Assembly (NCBI GenBank): GCA_963737905.1
Contig: CAVTUQ010000002.1
Span: 160,001-224,000, forward strand
Reading direction: 5' to 3'
From: an uncultured delta proteobacterium
Lineage (GTDB): Bacteria > Desulfobacterota > Binatia > UBA9968
Length of the DNA stretch: 64,000 nt
The notes under the pieces were generated by a model. The model saw only the letters and a list, made by a program, of their open reading frames with translations. It was not told the origin of the DNA and did not search any database. Shown here piece by piece: positions 19,513-30,117 of the stretch. Every line of letters begins with the position of its first letter. The stretch's first letter is position 1. The position numbers and the translations under genes are program-made.

Positions 19513-22202
19513 TCACTTCAGTGCCGGACCCAAGACGACCTCTGCAAAATCATCCACTTTGATCCAGCGCGCAAATGCGGCTTGTACTTCGGCAGCCGTC
19601 AGTTCTTTATAGCGCTTCGCTGCCTGGATCGGTTCATCGAGCGGCAGATCCCTCAACGAACGATCGAGCAATCCGCCCGCAATGCCGCGCGTGCTTGATT
19701 CGGAGAGCGGTATGCCGCGCACCAGTAACGTCTTGGCTTGCACCAGCTCCTCAGAGGTGACCGGTTTCGTTTGCATCTCACGCAGGTTACGCTCCACAAG
19801 CACCCTGCGCCTTGGAGGTGTTAGGCGGATCGCAGGCATAAGACACAGTGAGGACGGAACGGTTCTTTCCAGATTGAAGTGCCGCGCCGACCGAATACAC
19901 CAAACCGGTGTTTTCCCTCAGGTCACGATACAGCCGAGTCGCATAGAACGCTCCGGAAAGAACGTTCATGCCAAGCTGAAGCGAATAATAATCCGCATCC
20001 TGGCGCGTCAGCTCGAAGGTCTGGCCAAGCGTCACGTCATCCTGCACCCGGCTACGATCAGGGACTAAAGTCGTCTTGGGCTGATTACGCGGCACCGGAG
20101 GAAGATCCGTCTCGGGCTTCGGCCCAGTTGCCTTCCATTCTCCAAAATATTTTTCCACGACGATCTTTGCCTGCTCGGGTGTCACCTTGCCGATAACGAC
20201 AATGGTTGTGAGATCCGGGCGTAAGACCTTTGCGTAATAAGCACGGACGTCTTCAAGCTCCAGGGACGACACGGTCTCCGGCGTTGCTTGGCGCAACGTC
20301 GGATCGTGCTCGGGAAAAATCGCTTGAAGCAGCGCGCGCTGGGAAAGGTAAATAGGACTTTGCAGACGGCCGGCCACCGCCTGACGGGTTCGCTGCTTTA
20401 CAGCCTTGAACGCCGCTTCGGGCAATGCGGGATGCAAGAGATTGTCCGCGAGCAGTTCGGTTCCCCGGTCGAAGCGATCCGCCAGCACCTGAAGCGAGAA
20501 GCGTGTTCCTGCCGTGACCTCGGCCGCGATCTCATCCAGCGCTTCCTGAAAGGCCACACGGTCCAGCTTCGTCGATCCGTAGGAGAAGAGGTCGTCGAGG
20601 ATTTGGTCGACTCCTTCTTTTCCTTCTGGCACCTCCAGCTCGGGACGGTTCTTAATTGCGCCGTAAATGCTGACCGTGTCACTGATGGTTTCCGGTTGGA
20701 CGATCAGGCGCACCCCGTTGGGTAGCACGGTCACCGTAGGGTTGACCTTCGACATCGGCACATCGAGAGGGTTTAATCTCCTCTTGGCCCAGGCCGGCAA
20801 CGGAACCGACTTCGTTTCCTTCGGTGCGAAAGACTCATTACCTGGACGGGAATTCTCTGATGCAACCGGATTACCGGATTCTTCTGGCGTCAATACCGCC
20901 ACGACCGCCGTGTCATTGGTGATATATTTCTTCGCGACCCGGTTCACGTCCGCAACCGTAACTTTCTTGATCGCCTCGATGTCATCGTCCGGCGAGCTGC
21001 GTCCCTCAATCGCCAGCGCCTGCGACCATTCTCGCGCGAGGCCTGAAATGGAATTTCTGCGAAATTCTGCATCGGCTATCTCGTGACGCTTGGCTGCTTC
21101 GATGAGATCGACGGGAATACCCCTCTTAAGGTATTCGTCAATTATTTGCTTCATCTCAGCGATCAATGCTGAGCTGTCTTGTCCCCGCGGGAACACCGCG
21201 TTGGCATAACCCAAGCCGGCTTTAGGAAGCGCGACGGCGTCGAAACCGGCGGAGAGAGCCTTTCCCTCGGCAGCCAAGGCGTACAAGTTTCCTCTCTGGC
21301 TGTCCAGCGCGTCGGCCAGAATTACGCCGGCGGCAAAATCCGGGTCGTCGTATCCCGGTAACCGATAAATCAACGCAGCCATTCCGTACGGGAGATCCGA
21401 GTCGATTTGAATGGTTGTGCTCTTCAGAGGCCGCAGTTGGATCTTGGGACGTGGGGGCACGACGCGGCGTGGAATCGGTTCGAACAACCGCTTGATCGTT
21501 GCCAAAGCGGCCGTGGGATCCACATCACCGACTATGACCAGGATCGCATTGTTGGGCGCGTACCATTTCTGGTGAAAGTTTTTTAGCATTTTCCCCGTTG
21601 TCTTTTGGAATGAGGGACGCGTGCCAAGGGCATCGTGCGCGTAGGGCGTTCCGGCAAAGATAACGCCGAGGAGCCGGGAGTAAAACATGTATTGCGGATT
21701 GGACAGATCCCGCGCGACCTCCTGCTCGATAGCGCCTCGTTCCTGTTTCCAGAGGTCTTCGGTGTTCAGCACGTCACGCATGCGGATGGCCTCGATATTA
21801 AGCGCGATTTCAAGATCGCTTGCCGGGACCGTGAAGTAGTATTGCGTGACCGCCTGCTGAGTGTTGGCGTTAAACCTGCCGCCCATCGCGGCGATGAGGT
21901 TGGAAAGCTGAGCCGACGAAAGACCCGGGCTGCCGCGAAACATCATATGCTCCAGGGCATGCGCCATTCCTGGAAAACCCTCCGGCGCTTCGTTCGAACC
22001 CACCAAATAGTTAATCTCCGTCGTGACCACGGGCGCCAGTGTGTTGCGGACGATCACCACGCGGAGGCCGTTTTTCAGTGTCGCGCGTGTGACATTCGAT
22101 GCCGTTGCGGGCTGAGCCGGCGCGGTAGTATGGCTTAGCACAACGGCCAGTATCAGCCCACATCCTATGAAGTCGCAAGATTTTTTTCTGATGATCGCGC
22201 AT
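19513..22202 (-). CDS. M16 (pitrilysin-family) zinc protease, secreted; frameshifts near 19805 and ~22170
   Basis: HALEHMMFRG inverted zinc motif, two M16 halves, LRENTGLVYS. Confidence 0.88.
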
Positions 22203-22214
22203 CGTTACATTCCT

Positions 22215-22987
22215 TTATCCGGACTCCAGCATGGCTACTAACAGCATCAACCCAACACCCACCGCTATCGCAATGAGTTGTATGATAGATTTTAACAGAT
22301 CCGATTCCTTGTTAAGTTCGGGCACCAGATCAGAGCCCGCGATATAGATAAAGCCGCCGGCTGCTAAAGGGAGCATCAACGAAGAAAAATGCTCTACTCT
22401 GGAACTCACCAGGAGAGCGACAATGGTCCCCAAGATCGCAAACAGAGCTGATATGAAATTAAAAAAGATGGCTCTTGCTTTTGAGAAACCGGCGTACAGT
22501 AAGACGAAGAAGTTACCCAGTTCGTGTGGGATTTCATGAAAGATAACAGCAGTGGTAGTCGCGATGCCAACGGGAAGACTTACCAAATACGACGCTCCAA
22601 TAATCATCCCGTCGATAAAATTGTGGACGCCATCAGCGAGCAAATTCATATAGCCGACCGGACGAATGGGATTGTTGGCCTCCAATGTGTGCTGATGTCT
22701 CCAGAGCAGAAATTTCTCTAAAATAAAGAATGCGAATATGCCGGCCAAAAGATAAAGCGAGGCTTCGATATTTGCGTCAAATTTTGCAAACGCCTGTGGT
22801 AGTAAATGGATGAATGCATCGCCGAATAAACTGCCGACGGCGAGGCTGACCATAACAAAAATTATCCTTTTCAGCGTCTGTTCTCTGATTGAGATGAAGG
22901 CGATACCCACCAGTGAAAGAAGGCTCACCAAGACGACGCTGACCAGGCTATAAAACCATGCGACCGGCGTAGCTTCCGCCTTTTCAT
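22215..22987 (-). CDS. ZIP-family metal transporter
   Basis: LFGDAFIHLLP, DGVHNFIDG, HEIPHELG, GGFIYIAGSDLVPEL; start uncertain, abuts the upstream stop. Confidence 0.9.
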
Positions 22988-24432
22988 CCAGTGAACAGAT
23001 CGCGCACGACTTCTTTAACCGAATCGGTATAGGCCAGTCCGAGATTGGTCGCGGCGGGCGTGGGAACGGCGCGTTGAATCCGTCTCTCCCACAGCACAGT
23101 CCCATCATCAATCCGTATGAGCTTGAAATCAACGAAGACTCGCATGAACTTTTGCGACTCACCTTCCCAACGCCAGATCTCGCTGACGAAGACCAAGCCT
23201 GAAAGTTTTCCCTCACGAGCCATCCGAACAGCCCCATTCATGTCGGCGGGGAAAGCCGGAAAGCGCGGATCCATTTCTTCGGGAAGGGTAACTAGGTAAC
23301 CGTTTTGCTCCAACCCCTTGCGCAAGTCCTCACGCAACAAATCCATCACGCTCTGTCGGTAGTCGGAGGAAATCTTTCCTGCCATCTCTGCAAGGGAGCG
23401 TAGCGGATTTGTCGCCGGTAAAAGTAAAGGCAAGGCGGTGCTGTTCTTCACTTTTGCCAACCAAACTTGCTCTTTCTTAATGTCTTTCACTTGCGGCACC
23501 GGCGCAGAAGGCGTTCTCGTGGCGCAACTGGTAACCGCTCCGCCAACAAAAATCAGCATCAACAGCGCCGCACCTATTTTGGTTGGGACGCGGCTTAATC
23601 CGTAGGCTAGAAAGATCAGACAGCAGCCTAGGGTCACATCGGTGGGCCCCAAAGGAAGGTCCAAACGCACGGAGCTGTAGAAACCCAAAAAGGCCATAAT
23701 CACTCCCAGTATGGACGATAGTATCAAAAAAGAGCTCATCCGGCTCACCAAGGGCCGCGCCGCGAGCGCCGGCAGCACCAAGAACCCAAAAATCAACTGA
23801 GGCCCCGCCATGATCACTCCAAAAGCGATGATCAATCCGGCGAGAAGATAGAGCAACACATCCCAGATCACTTGACGCCCTTTCAAAAGAAACGCCAAAT
23901 CACGATCGAAAGAGGTCAAGAGAAATTCCCGGCGAAATATCAGCATCGCTACAAATACGACCCCAAAGACACCGATCAGTAGCCTCAGTTCGCCTTTGGA
24001 CAGCGCGATGACCTCACCCTTCAAGAGACTGAGAACTTCGATCTGGCCGGCTGGATTGAAGACTAAAAAGAGGATGGTCAATGCTCCGGCGAAAGCATAG
24101 GCAGCGGCCAGGCGACCTTCCGGGAAGCCTTTCCCGCGCTGTTCCAGATAGCCGAGTAACCCCATTCCTAAAAAAGTAAACACAAGCGAGCCGACCATAG
24201 CAATGCCGCGTTCACTCTCTCTAAGCTGTGGCAAGAGACCAGCCTGCTGCAACCAGAAAGTAAAAGAGACTCCGGCAGCGGCGATTTCCGGGAGCGTCAG
24301 TCCAAGGAATATCGTGCGCCGAAGGACCAGGTAAGAACCGATCAGCGGACACACTAACCCCATGATCATGGTACCTACGAGCGCAGGAAAAAGCAGATAA
24401 GAAGGATTCACAATTTCAAACAAAGTGCTCAT
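22984..24432 (-). CDS. ZnuB-type metal ABC permease fused to a C-terminal lipoprotein-like domain
   Basis: LVCPLIGSYLVLRR, SFDRDLA, LVLPALAA, LDLPLGPT, then AVTSC and ~180 soluble residues. Confidence 0.85.
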   Translation of the reverse strand: MSTLFEIVNPSYLLFPALVGTMIMGLVCPLIGSYLVLRRTIFLGLTLPEIAAAGVSFTFWLQQAGLLPQLRESERGIAMVGSLVFTFLGMGLLGYLEQRGKGFPEGRLAAAYAFAGALTILFLVFNPAGQIEVLSLLKGEVIALSKGELRLLIGVFGVVFVAMLIFRREFLLTSFDRDLAFLLKGRQVIWDVLLYLLAGLIIAFGVIMAGPQLIFGFLVLPALAARPLVSRMSSFLILSSILGVIMAFLGFYSSVRLDLPLGPTDVTLGCCLIFLAYGLSRVPTKIGAALLMLIFVGGAVTSCATRTPSAPVPQVKDIKKEQVWLAKVKNSTALPLLLPATNPLRSLAEMAGKISSDYRQSVMDLLREDLRKGLEQNGYLVTLPEEMDPRFPAFPADMNGAVRMAREGKLSGLVFVSEIWRWEGESQKFMRVFVDFKLIRIDDGTVLWERRIQRAVPTPAATNLGLAYTDSVKEVVRDLFTG

Positions 24433-25160
24433 GGCTGGTCACTCACTTTCTTCTCTTGCAACCAGATTTTTCCCTTGTCCACGCGAACGATTTTGTCGGC
24501 AACTCGCTGCACCATTTCAAGGTCGTGACTGGAAAAGAATAACGCCAACCCATTAACTCGGGTCAGGTGAATTAAAAGTTCCGCGATGGTCTTACGAGAT
24601 TCCTCATCCACACCGGACAGCGGCTCGTCTAGAATCATGATCTTCGGCTTGACCATCAAGGCGCGAGCAATAAGAATCCGCTGCTTTTGCCCGCCGGAGC
24701 ACGCAAAAAAAGATTTCGTCACAAGGTGGCGCATGCCGACTTGCTCTAAAACCTGGCTGGTTCTTTCCTTTTCTTCAGAGGGAAGGAATTGATACGAGCG
24801 CACGCGGCCGTAGGCTCCCATCTCCACGATCTCTCTCACGCTCAAGGGAAAGTGAGGATCGAGCGCGGCGCTTTGAGGCACATAGCCAAATTCCGATAAT
24901 GCGCAGTGTCGAGAAATAGAGCCGCCGAGAATCGGCAGAAGTCCGAGGATAGCGCGGAAAAGCGTCGTCTTGCCCGAACCGTTCGGACCGGCCACGCCAA
25001 TAAGGTCGCCTGGAGAAATCGTCACGTTTACGCCGTGAAGAACCGGCGTCGAATCGTAACCCAAGCTGACATCCTGAAGCGAAACCAGAGGGAGAGGCTC
25101 ATCTTTCGATACTCTCCCTCCGGCACTTTGTATTCCGTCGATATCTTGTCCCAACTTCAT
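24429..25160 (-). CDS. ZnuC-type metal ABC ATPase
   Basis: GPNGSGKT, GYVPQ, FPLSV, SGGQKQR, LDEP. Confidence 0.9.
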   Translation of the reverse strand: MKLGQDIDGIQSAGGRVSKDEPLPLVSLQDVSLGYDSTPVLHGVNVTISPGDLIGVAGPNGSGKTTLFRAILGLLPILGGSISRHCALSEFGYVPQSAALDPHFPLSVREIVEMGAYGRVRSYQFLPSEEKERTSQVLEQVGMRHLVTKSFFACSGGQKQRILIARALMVKPKIMILDEPLSGVDEESRKTIAELLIHLTRVNGLALFFSSHDLEMVQRVADKIVRVDKGKIWLQEKKVSDQP

Positions 25161-25164
25161 GCCT

Positions 25165-26095
25165 CTAACTGACCGACTGAACTAAGGTACGTACAGTATA
25201 ATCAATCCATTTAATATAGGTATCGGTTTCCGGCTGGTTTCCTCCGCCGCTGTAAAGACGCAGAACCTTGATGCCTGTTTCGGCAGAAATTTGCTCGGGG
25301 AACCGCGGATTCTGAGCACCATAAATTAGCAACTGGGCTTTATCTTGCTTGATCTGCTTGTACCAACTGCACTATATGATTTGGCGTCGGCTCAATTCCA
25401 GGCTTTAACTCAATGCTCCCTATCCGCTTCATGCCAAATCGATCAGCAAAATAAATCCATTCCGGATGATACTCGACATATTTGACCCCCCGTAGAGGAA
25501 CCGCCATTTTTTCCCAGCGCGCAATCCAGCTATCCAGCTCCGCCATATAGGCTTTTAGATTTTTATCAAAGGCTTGCTGATGCTGGGGATAATTACGCGA
25601 GAGGCCGTCGGCGATGTTCTTCGCGACGATTTTCGCTCTCACAGGGTCCAAGAGATAGTGAGGATTTCCCTTCGGGTGAAGGTCGCCTTCCGACCGGTCC
25701 ACGAGTGTGGGAGCCTCGAGCACCGGAACTCCCACGGAACAATCTATATAGCCTGGCCGCCCTAGAAGAATTTTAGGATTATTTGCCACCTCCAAAAGCG
25801 CTGGGAGCCAGGAATGTTCGTCATCCAAGCCAATCAAGACCAGCACGTCTGCTCGGTTTAGCCTGGGTACAAAGCTCGGTTTCATGGGAACACCGTGAGG
25901 ATCCTCGACTCCCGTCGCTAGACTATCTGCAGTCACCAACTCTTTACCGATCTGCCGGGTAATATCAGCCAAATCTGGCAACGTCGCCACGACACGGATT
26001 TGCTGCGCGAAGACTAAACCGGTTTGCAGCCAAACCAATGCGAGCGATATGAAAAACACCTTCCAGTTTTTACTTCTCAACAGTTTCATCTTCAT
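25165..26095 (-). CDS. Cluster A-I metal-binding protein (ZnuA/TroA-like); frameshift near 25355
   Basis: DPH, GDLHPKGNPHYLLDP, YH, IELKPGIEP; the C-terminus resumes in another frame to TAG at 25165. Confidence 0.88.
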
Positions 26096-26119
26096 AAACG
26101 TACTCCTTCTTATAGAGCT

Positions 26120-27416
26120 CTAACGGGTGAGGAACCCGTGGGTATGAGCGCCGATCACAGTCGTCCATTGGAGAAAAAATTGATTGCCTTTCTCGGCTTT
26201 GTCCGCTTTAAAATTATTGCTCAAATAGCTGTATTGAAAACGCAGTCGGTTAAATTCGCTGACGTTCCAGGTCAAGTACGGCGAATAGCTGAGCGTCCTC
26301 TGGCCTGAGTTATCAACCACCGGAGCGTAATCGAAGAGAAATCCAGTGGCCCAATTCTTGTTCAACTTGAGATCGACGTAACTGTAGCCGCCATAGGATT
26401 GTTGGCGCTTACCCACAGTGCGCGTTTCCAAAATACTCGGGTCATCCTCATTTGGAACCTCGATGTCAAACGGGAAAGCGCTCGCTGTTGGCATAGAATT
26501 CACTCCCCCACGTCAAACCCTGATAAACCGAGCTGCCGAGCGGTTGGTAACGATAAGTCAGATCAACACCGTTGAGCATCCGAGCGCCGCCAGAGGCATC
26601 ACCTGCGAGTCGCACCGAAGGCGTGTAGGCAAGGCTCGTACCTAATTCAATACTATGATTATCCGTGAGATCAAAATAAGTATTGAGCCTTCCGAGATAA
26701 GTAAACTGACTCCCGGACCGCAGCACTGTATTGTCGATTCGATCGTTGCCCTCTCCCATCTTGTTCATTGCGCCGAATGTCGCTCTCATGAAAAAAGGCG
26801 TCGGAAAAAGATAATACAATTCCGCCCCGTCCGCCTGCGTTTCGCCTCCCACCATCCGCTCGATAGAAAGCGGCTCGTTAACAAAAGGCAGCTCATGCTC
26901 ATGGTACTTGGGAAAGCGCCCGAAATCGGCCAAGAAACGACCTCCTTTGGCCGTCAGGTTATACGGGAGAGAAGTGGTGATCGCCGCGGCTTCATCTATC
27001 TCTACGCCATCCTTTGTACCGTTGATAAAACTATACATCCTCGCAAACGGATCTATTGAAGCCGCAATGCCGAACTCAGCACTGCGAAAATCAAAAAGGC
27101 CTCCGGCTGTGCCGCGCTTTTGGACATTGGCATCGAGCACAAGACCCATGGAGGGATTGAGCGCGCTGGGCGCGCTCTGAACCGCCTGGACCGATTTTTC
27201 CACCTGGCCCAGCCTAGCGGAGCTGGAAGATTTTTCCTTTTCCAACTGGTCAATTCGATCCAAAGCGTTCTTCAATTGATTCTGCATTTCCCCCAGTTGT
27301 TTCTTAAGTGCCTGAGTCGCATCTTCCTGTGACAGTCCCACTCTCGGAAACAAGATCACCAAGCATAATACAAATAACGCGGATGTGGTTTGCAATCTAG
27401 TTTGACATAAATCCAT
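26120..27416 (-). CDS. Outer-membrane beta-barrel of the type associated with metal ABC operons; frameshift near 26475
   Basis: Signal peptide, coiled coil, ASIDPF, HEHELPF, EFNRLRFQY, C-terminal IGAHTHGF. Confidence 0.8.
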
Positions 27417-27498
27417 AAATCCACCCCCTACAAAAACAGGTATCTACCCCTCCCAACCAGGGAAGGGAAAATTAATAAATTTACGCGTGAAGGAAGAA

Positions 27499-27801
27499 TT
27501 ACAGAGGGAGTGAAGATGGAGGCGCGCGAACCGCGGGAGACTTTATTGAAAGCGCACCAAAAACTTGAGCTTCATGAGTCGTAATGGAGAAAATCTGAAG
27601 AGAGGGACTGTGCTCAGCTAGCGCTGAAGTTAATCCTGCGTGGATTCGCGTTCCATGATAGCAGCTACATTCATTGCCGACTCGTGCGGTCGAATTGAAA
27701 AAATGGAGGTGTAAAGGCAGAAAGAAAACAAAGAACAGGACTATTGCCGCGACGACACGGCGAGTGGTTGGACCCTTCTCCTTGAAAAATCGAAAGGACA
27801 C
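27499..27801 (-). CDS. RAPP-motif leader peptide 1 (DUF2946/CruR/CutF-like), 100 aa
   Basis: GTG start, TM, LPLHLH, ECSCYHG, C-terminal RAPP; directly upstream of the metal uptake operon. Confidence 0.8.
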   Translation of the reverse strand: MSFRFFKEKGPTTRRVVAAIVLFFVFFLPLHLHFFNSTARVGNECSCYHGTRIHAGLTSALAEHSPSLQIFSITTHEAQVFGALSIKSPAVRAPPSSLPL

Positions 27802-27808
27802 GGTCCCA

Positions 27809-27837
27809 AGGCTAGTCAAGCGGTAGCGGGTTGTCAA
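27809..27837 (-). promoter_or_regulatory. Sigma70 promoter (leaderless) of leader peptide 1
   Basis: TTGACA(27837-27832)-N17-TAGCCT(27814-27809)-N7-GTG. Confidence 0.7.
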
Positions 27838-27886
27838 GGAAATAAGAGATTCTGCAGCACCGAGATTCGGCCTAACCCCGGCCGGT

Positions 27887-27949
27887 CGACAATCATTTTC
27901 ACATCACTCATCAGATAGCAGGTTTGTCGGATTGCGAATTGTTTGCAAT
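27887..27949. promoter_or_regulatory. Two Fur/Zur-family-like boxes
   Basis: TGAAAATGATTGTCG (minus strand, 27901-27887) and the imperfect 9-1-9 palindrome ATTGCGAAT-T-GTTTGCAAT (27931-27949). Confidence 0.5.
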
Positions 27950-27963
27950 TAACCGGCGGCCAT

Positions 27964-28577
27964 TCAGCTTCCGGGTTTTCTCGACTCCAGTTGTGCAAAT
28001 ACCTCTTTCATGACCGTCTCGGCTACGAAGATGTTCGCTTGGCCGGTTAGCACGATGCCGTAAAGCGGAACGGGCCGCGAGGGACGGTTGACCTGCCAGA
28101 GTATCGCGCTCGTTTTGGGATCGACCATGATCACGTCTAAAGCGACGATCACGCCGTCGGCTTTCATTCCCCTCTCACTCGGCGTCGGTTCCCAGCGCCG
28201 CACTTCGATGTACAGGGCAGCCGCGTCAAGCCGCGCCTGTTCCACAATTTGCGCCGCCATCTGCGGGCTAGTCGGCACACGATCTTTGGTTGACAGCTTT
28301 ACAATGCTGGGTTCAACGACGTCGAAACGCTTCGCCGCGAGCTGGGCACGAGCCTGCTGGGCGAGCAGATCTTCGATCGTTCTCGACGGTAGACCCAGGA
28401 GTTCGCTCTCTGTTGCAGTGGGGCGCGTCTCGGCCGCGCCAAGCCGATAGGGCGGCAGAACCACGATCCGGCTAACATTTTGGGGAAGTCGAGTGACGAC
28501 TATTTGCGTGCACCCAACGCTCCGAGCAACAAGCTGAGAAGTCCGATTCGACCGATCAACGTTTTTTGTTTGCTCAT
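27964..28577 (-). CDS. Lipoprotein (DUF799-like fold); frameshift in the lipobox
   Basis: ATG 28577 gives MSKQKTLIGRIGLLSLLLGALG; adding one G near 28513 gives LG-CTQ in frame with IVVLPP...ILWQ. Confidence 0.65.
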
Positions 28578-28629
28578 ATTGGTATTCTCTTTGTCCATTT
28601 GCCCGGGAACTTCTACCTCCACGCGCCAA

Positions 28630-29467
28630 CTATAGAAGACGCCGATGCGTCATTTGTCCGAGAGTTCCCAAGCTGAAAACGTCTTCAATCGTGCGCAGAA
28701 GGCTGTAGTGGTTGTAGGCGGTTTTGGAGACGCTACCGGAGAGGACCGAATCCCCTATTAGAGCCGTGAAGACGCGGTTGCTCGGATCATTGTCTTCTGC
28801 CTCGTCGAACGTGATGACAAACAACAACCCGTTCATGAAGGCAGAATTCTTCAGCCGAGGGCCAAAGGCCTTCGCTAACCAGCGATCAGCGAAGGCGGGT
28901 CCGGTGTGGTGCCCATCGTTTCTCTGGTCGGGGATATACAAAGAATAATCCGGTAGATTCCCGCTCGCCGCGTCGGAAGTGAGGGCGGATGCGTCAACAA
29001 TCTTGGCGCAGCGAGATGGATCTTTCTGTATGTTCTTGAAGCTCAGAAATGGCACATGTTTGCGTACGTAGTCGCCCGATCGATCTCCGAGAAAACAAAG
29101 TCCGGGATAAGCTTCGGCGTAAACCTTCCATGTCTTACCCTTTGCTTCTAGGAGATCACCGATATGGCGCAAGTTTAGGCTCACCGGTCCGTTAGACGTC
29201 ACACCGGCCGTGGTTCCTGCGGTCAGCGCTATATAGTTCGGCAGCGAGGGATGTGCCTCGGCATAGAATTCACTCAGGAGTGCGCCGCTTTTGGCCAAGT
29301 TGCCAAGGAAAGGCTGGACCAGAGCATCTCTATAATTGGCGTTCTCCAAGATACTGAACATTGCTTGCTCAAACCGCGTCAAAGAGCGGATCCTTCGGCT
29401 CAGCTCCATGCGCCAAAGCGATGGGGAGAAGTAAAACGGCAGCAATCCCAACCAAGTGTCTTTTCAT
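28630..29467 (-). CDS. Secreted phosphoesterase (acid phosphatase / alkaline-phosphatase superfamily); frameshift near 29380
   Basis: ILEN, HPSLPNYIAL, YVRKHVPF, NDGH, ITFDE, YNHYSLLRTIED; signal peptide from ATG 29467 in another frame. Confidence 0.82.
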
Positions 29468-29487
29468 GATAACGGCTAGCGTTAACT

Positions 29488-30039
29488 CTAATGACTCAGG
29501 CCTCCGCGATACTTTTGCCACGCGGCAATCCCCGCTTGCGCTGCCTTCTCGTCAATGCCGGACGGCAAGCCCGACACGCCGACGGCGCCGACCAGGCGGT
29601 TGTTAACAATGAGAGGCAGTCCGCCGGAAACGATGTAGACTTGGCCCGGCCACATATTCATGATGCCGTAGAATCGGTTGGGGGCGGTCGTCATGAGTTC
29701 CGCTACCGCCGCGCTTGGCTGTCGGGAAATGATCGATGTGAATGCTTTGCCCTTGGCCTGATGCTCCGAGTTGAACGAGGTGCCGTCCATCCGATCCACC
29801 GAGACCACGTGCCCCCCATCATCCAGCACAGCGACCGCCATGCGCATTTTCAAGTTCCGGGCATGAGCAACCGCGCCCTCAATGATGATGCGCGCTTCCG
29901 CCAGCGGAATCGAAGATGACGACACGATGGGATTTGACGGCGGAGCGGTTGGCTCGGCCGCTGAAGCAACGCCACTGTTACCGGCCGATCCGAAAATCAG
30001 TAACAGACCAAGTAACGGCAAAAACCGAAAACTTTTCAT
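29488..30039 (-). CDS. GlcG/HbpS-family heme-binding protein, exported
   Basis: AVAVLDDGG, RMDG, AKGKAFTS, GGLPL, GAVGVSG; signal peptide; GGAGG SD. Confidence 0.88.
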   Translation of the reverse strand: MKSFRFLPLLGLLLIFGSAGNSGVASAAEPTAPPSNPIVSSSSIPLAEARIIIEGAVAHARNLKMRMAVAVLDDGGHVVSVDRMDGTSFNSEHQAKGKAFTSIISRQPSAAVAELMTTAPNRFYGIMNMWPGQVYIVSGGLPLIVNNRLVGAVGVSGLPSGIDEKAAQAGIAAWQKYRGGLSH

Positions 30040-30117
30040 AGCACGCCTCCTTTTTGAACAAAGTCTTGAATAGGAGAAAACCTTGGGGATCGCCATCGTA
30101 CACCCTATTTTCTTTCT

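Noticed and set aside
27780-27840. c-di-GMP-I riboswitch-like fragments (CGAAAG, GGTAGCGGGTTG) on the + strand
   Set aside because: Lacks the GGCAAA and GACGCAAAGC core, is antisense to the operon, and is better explained as the minus-strand promoter
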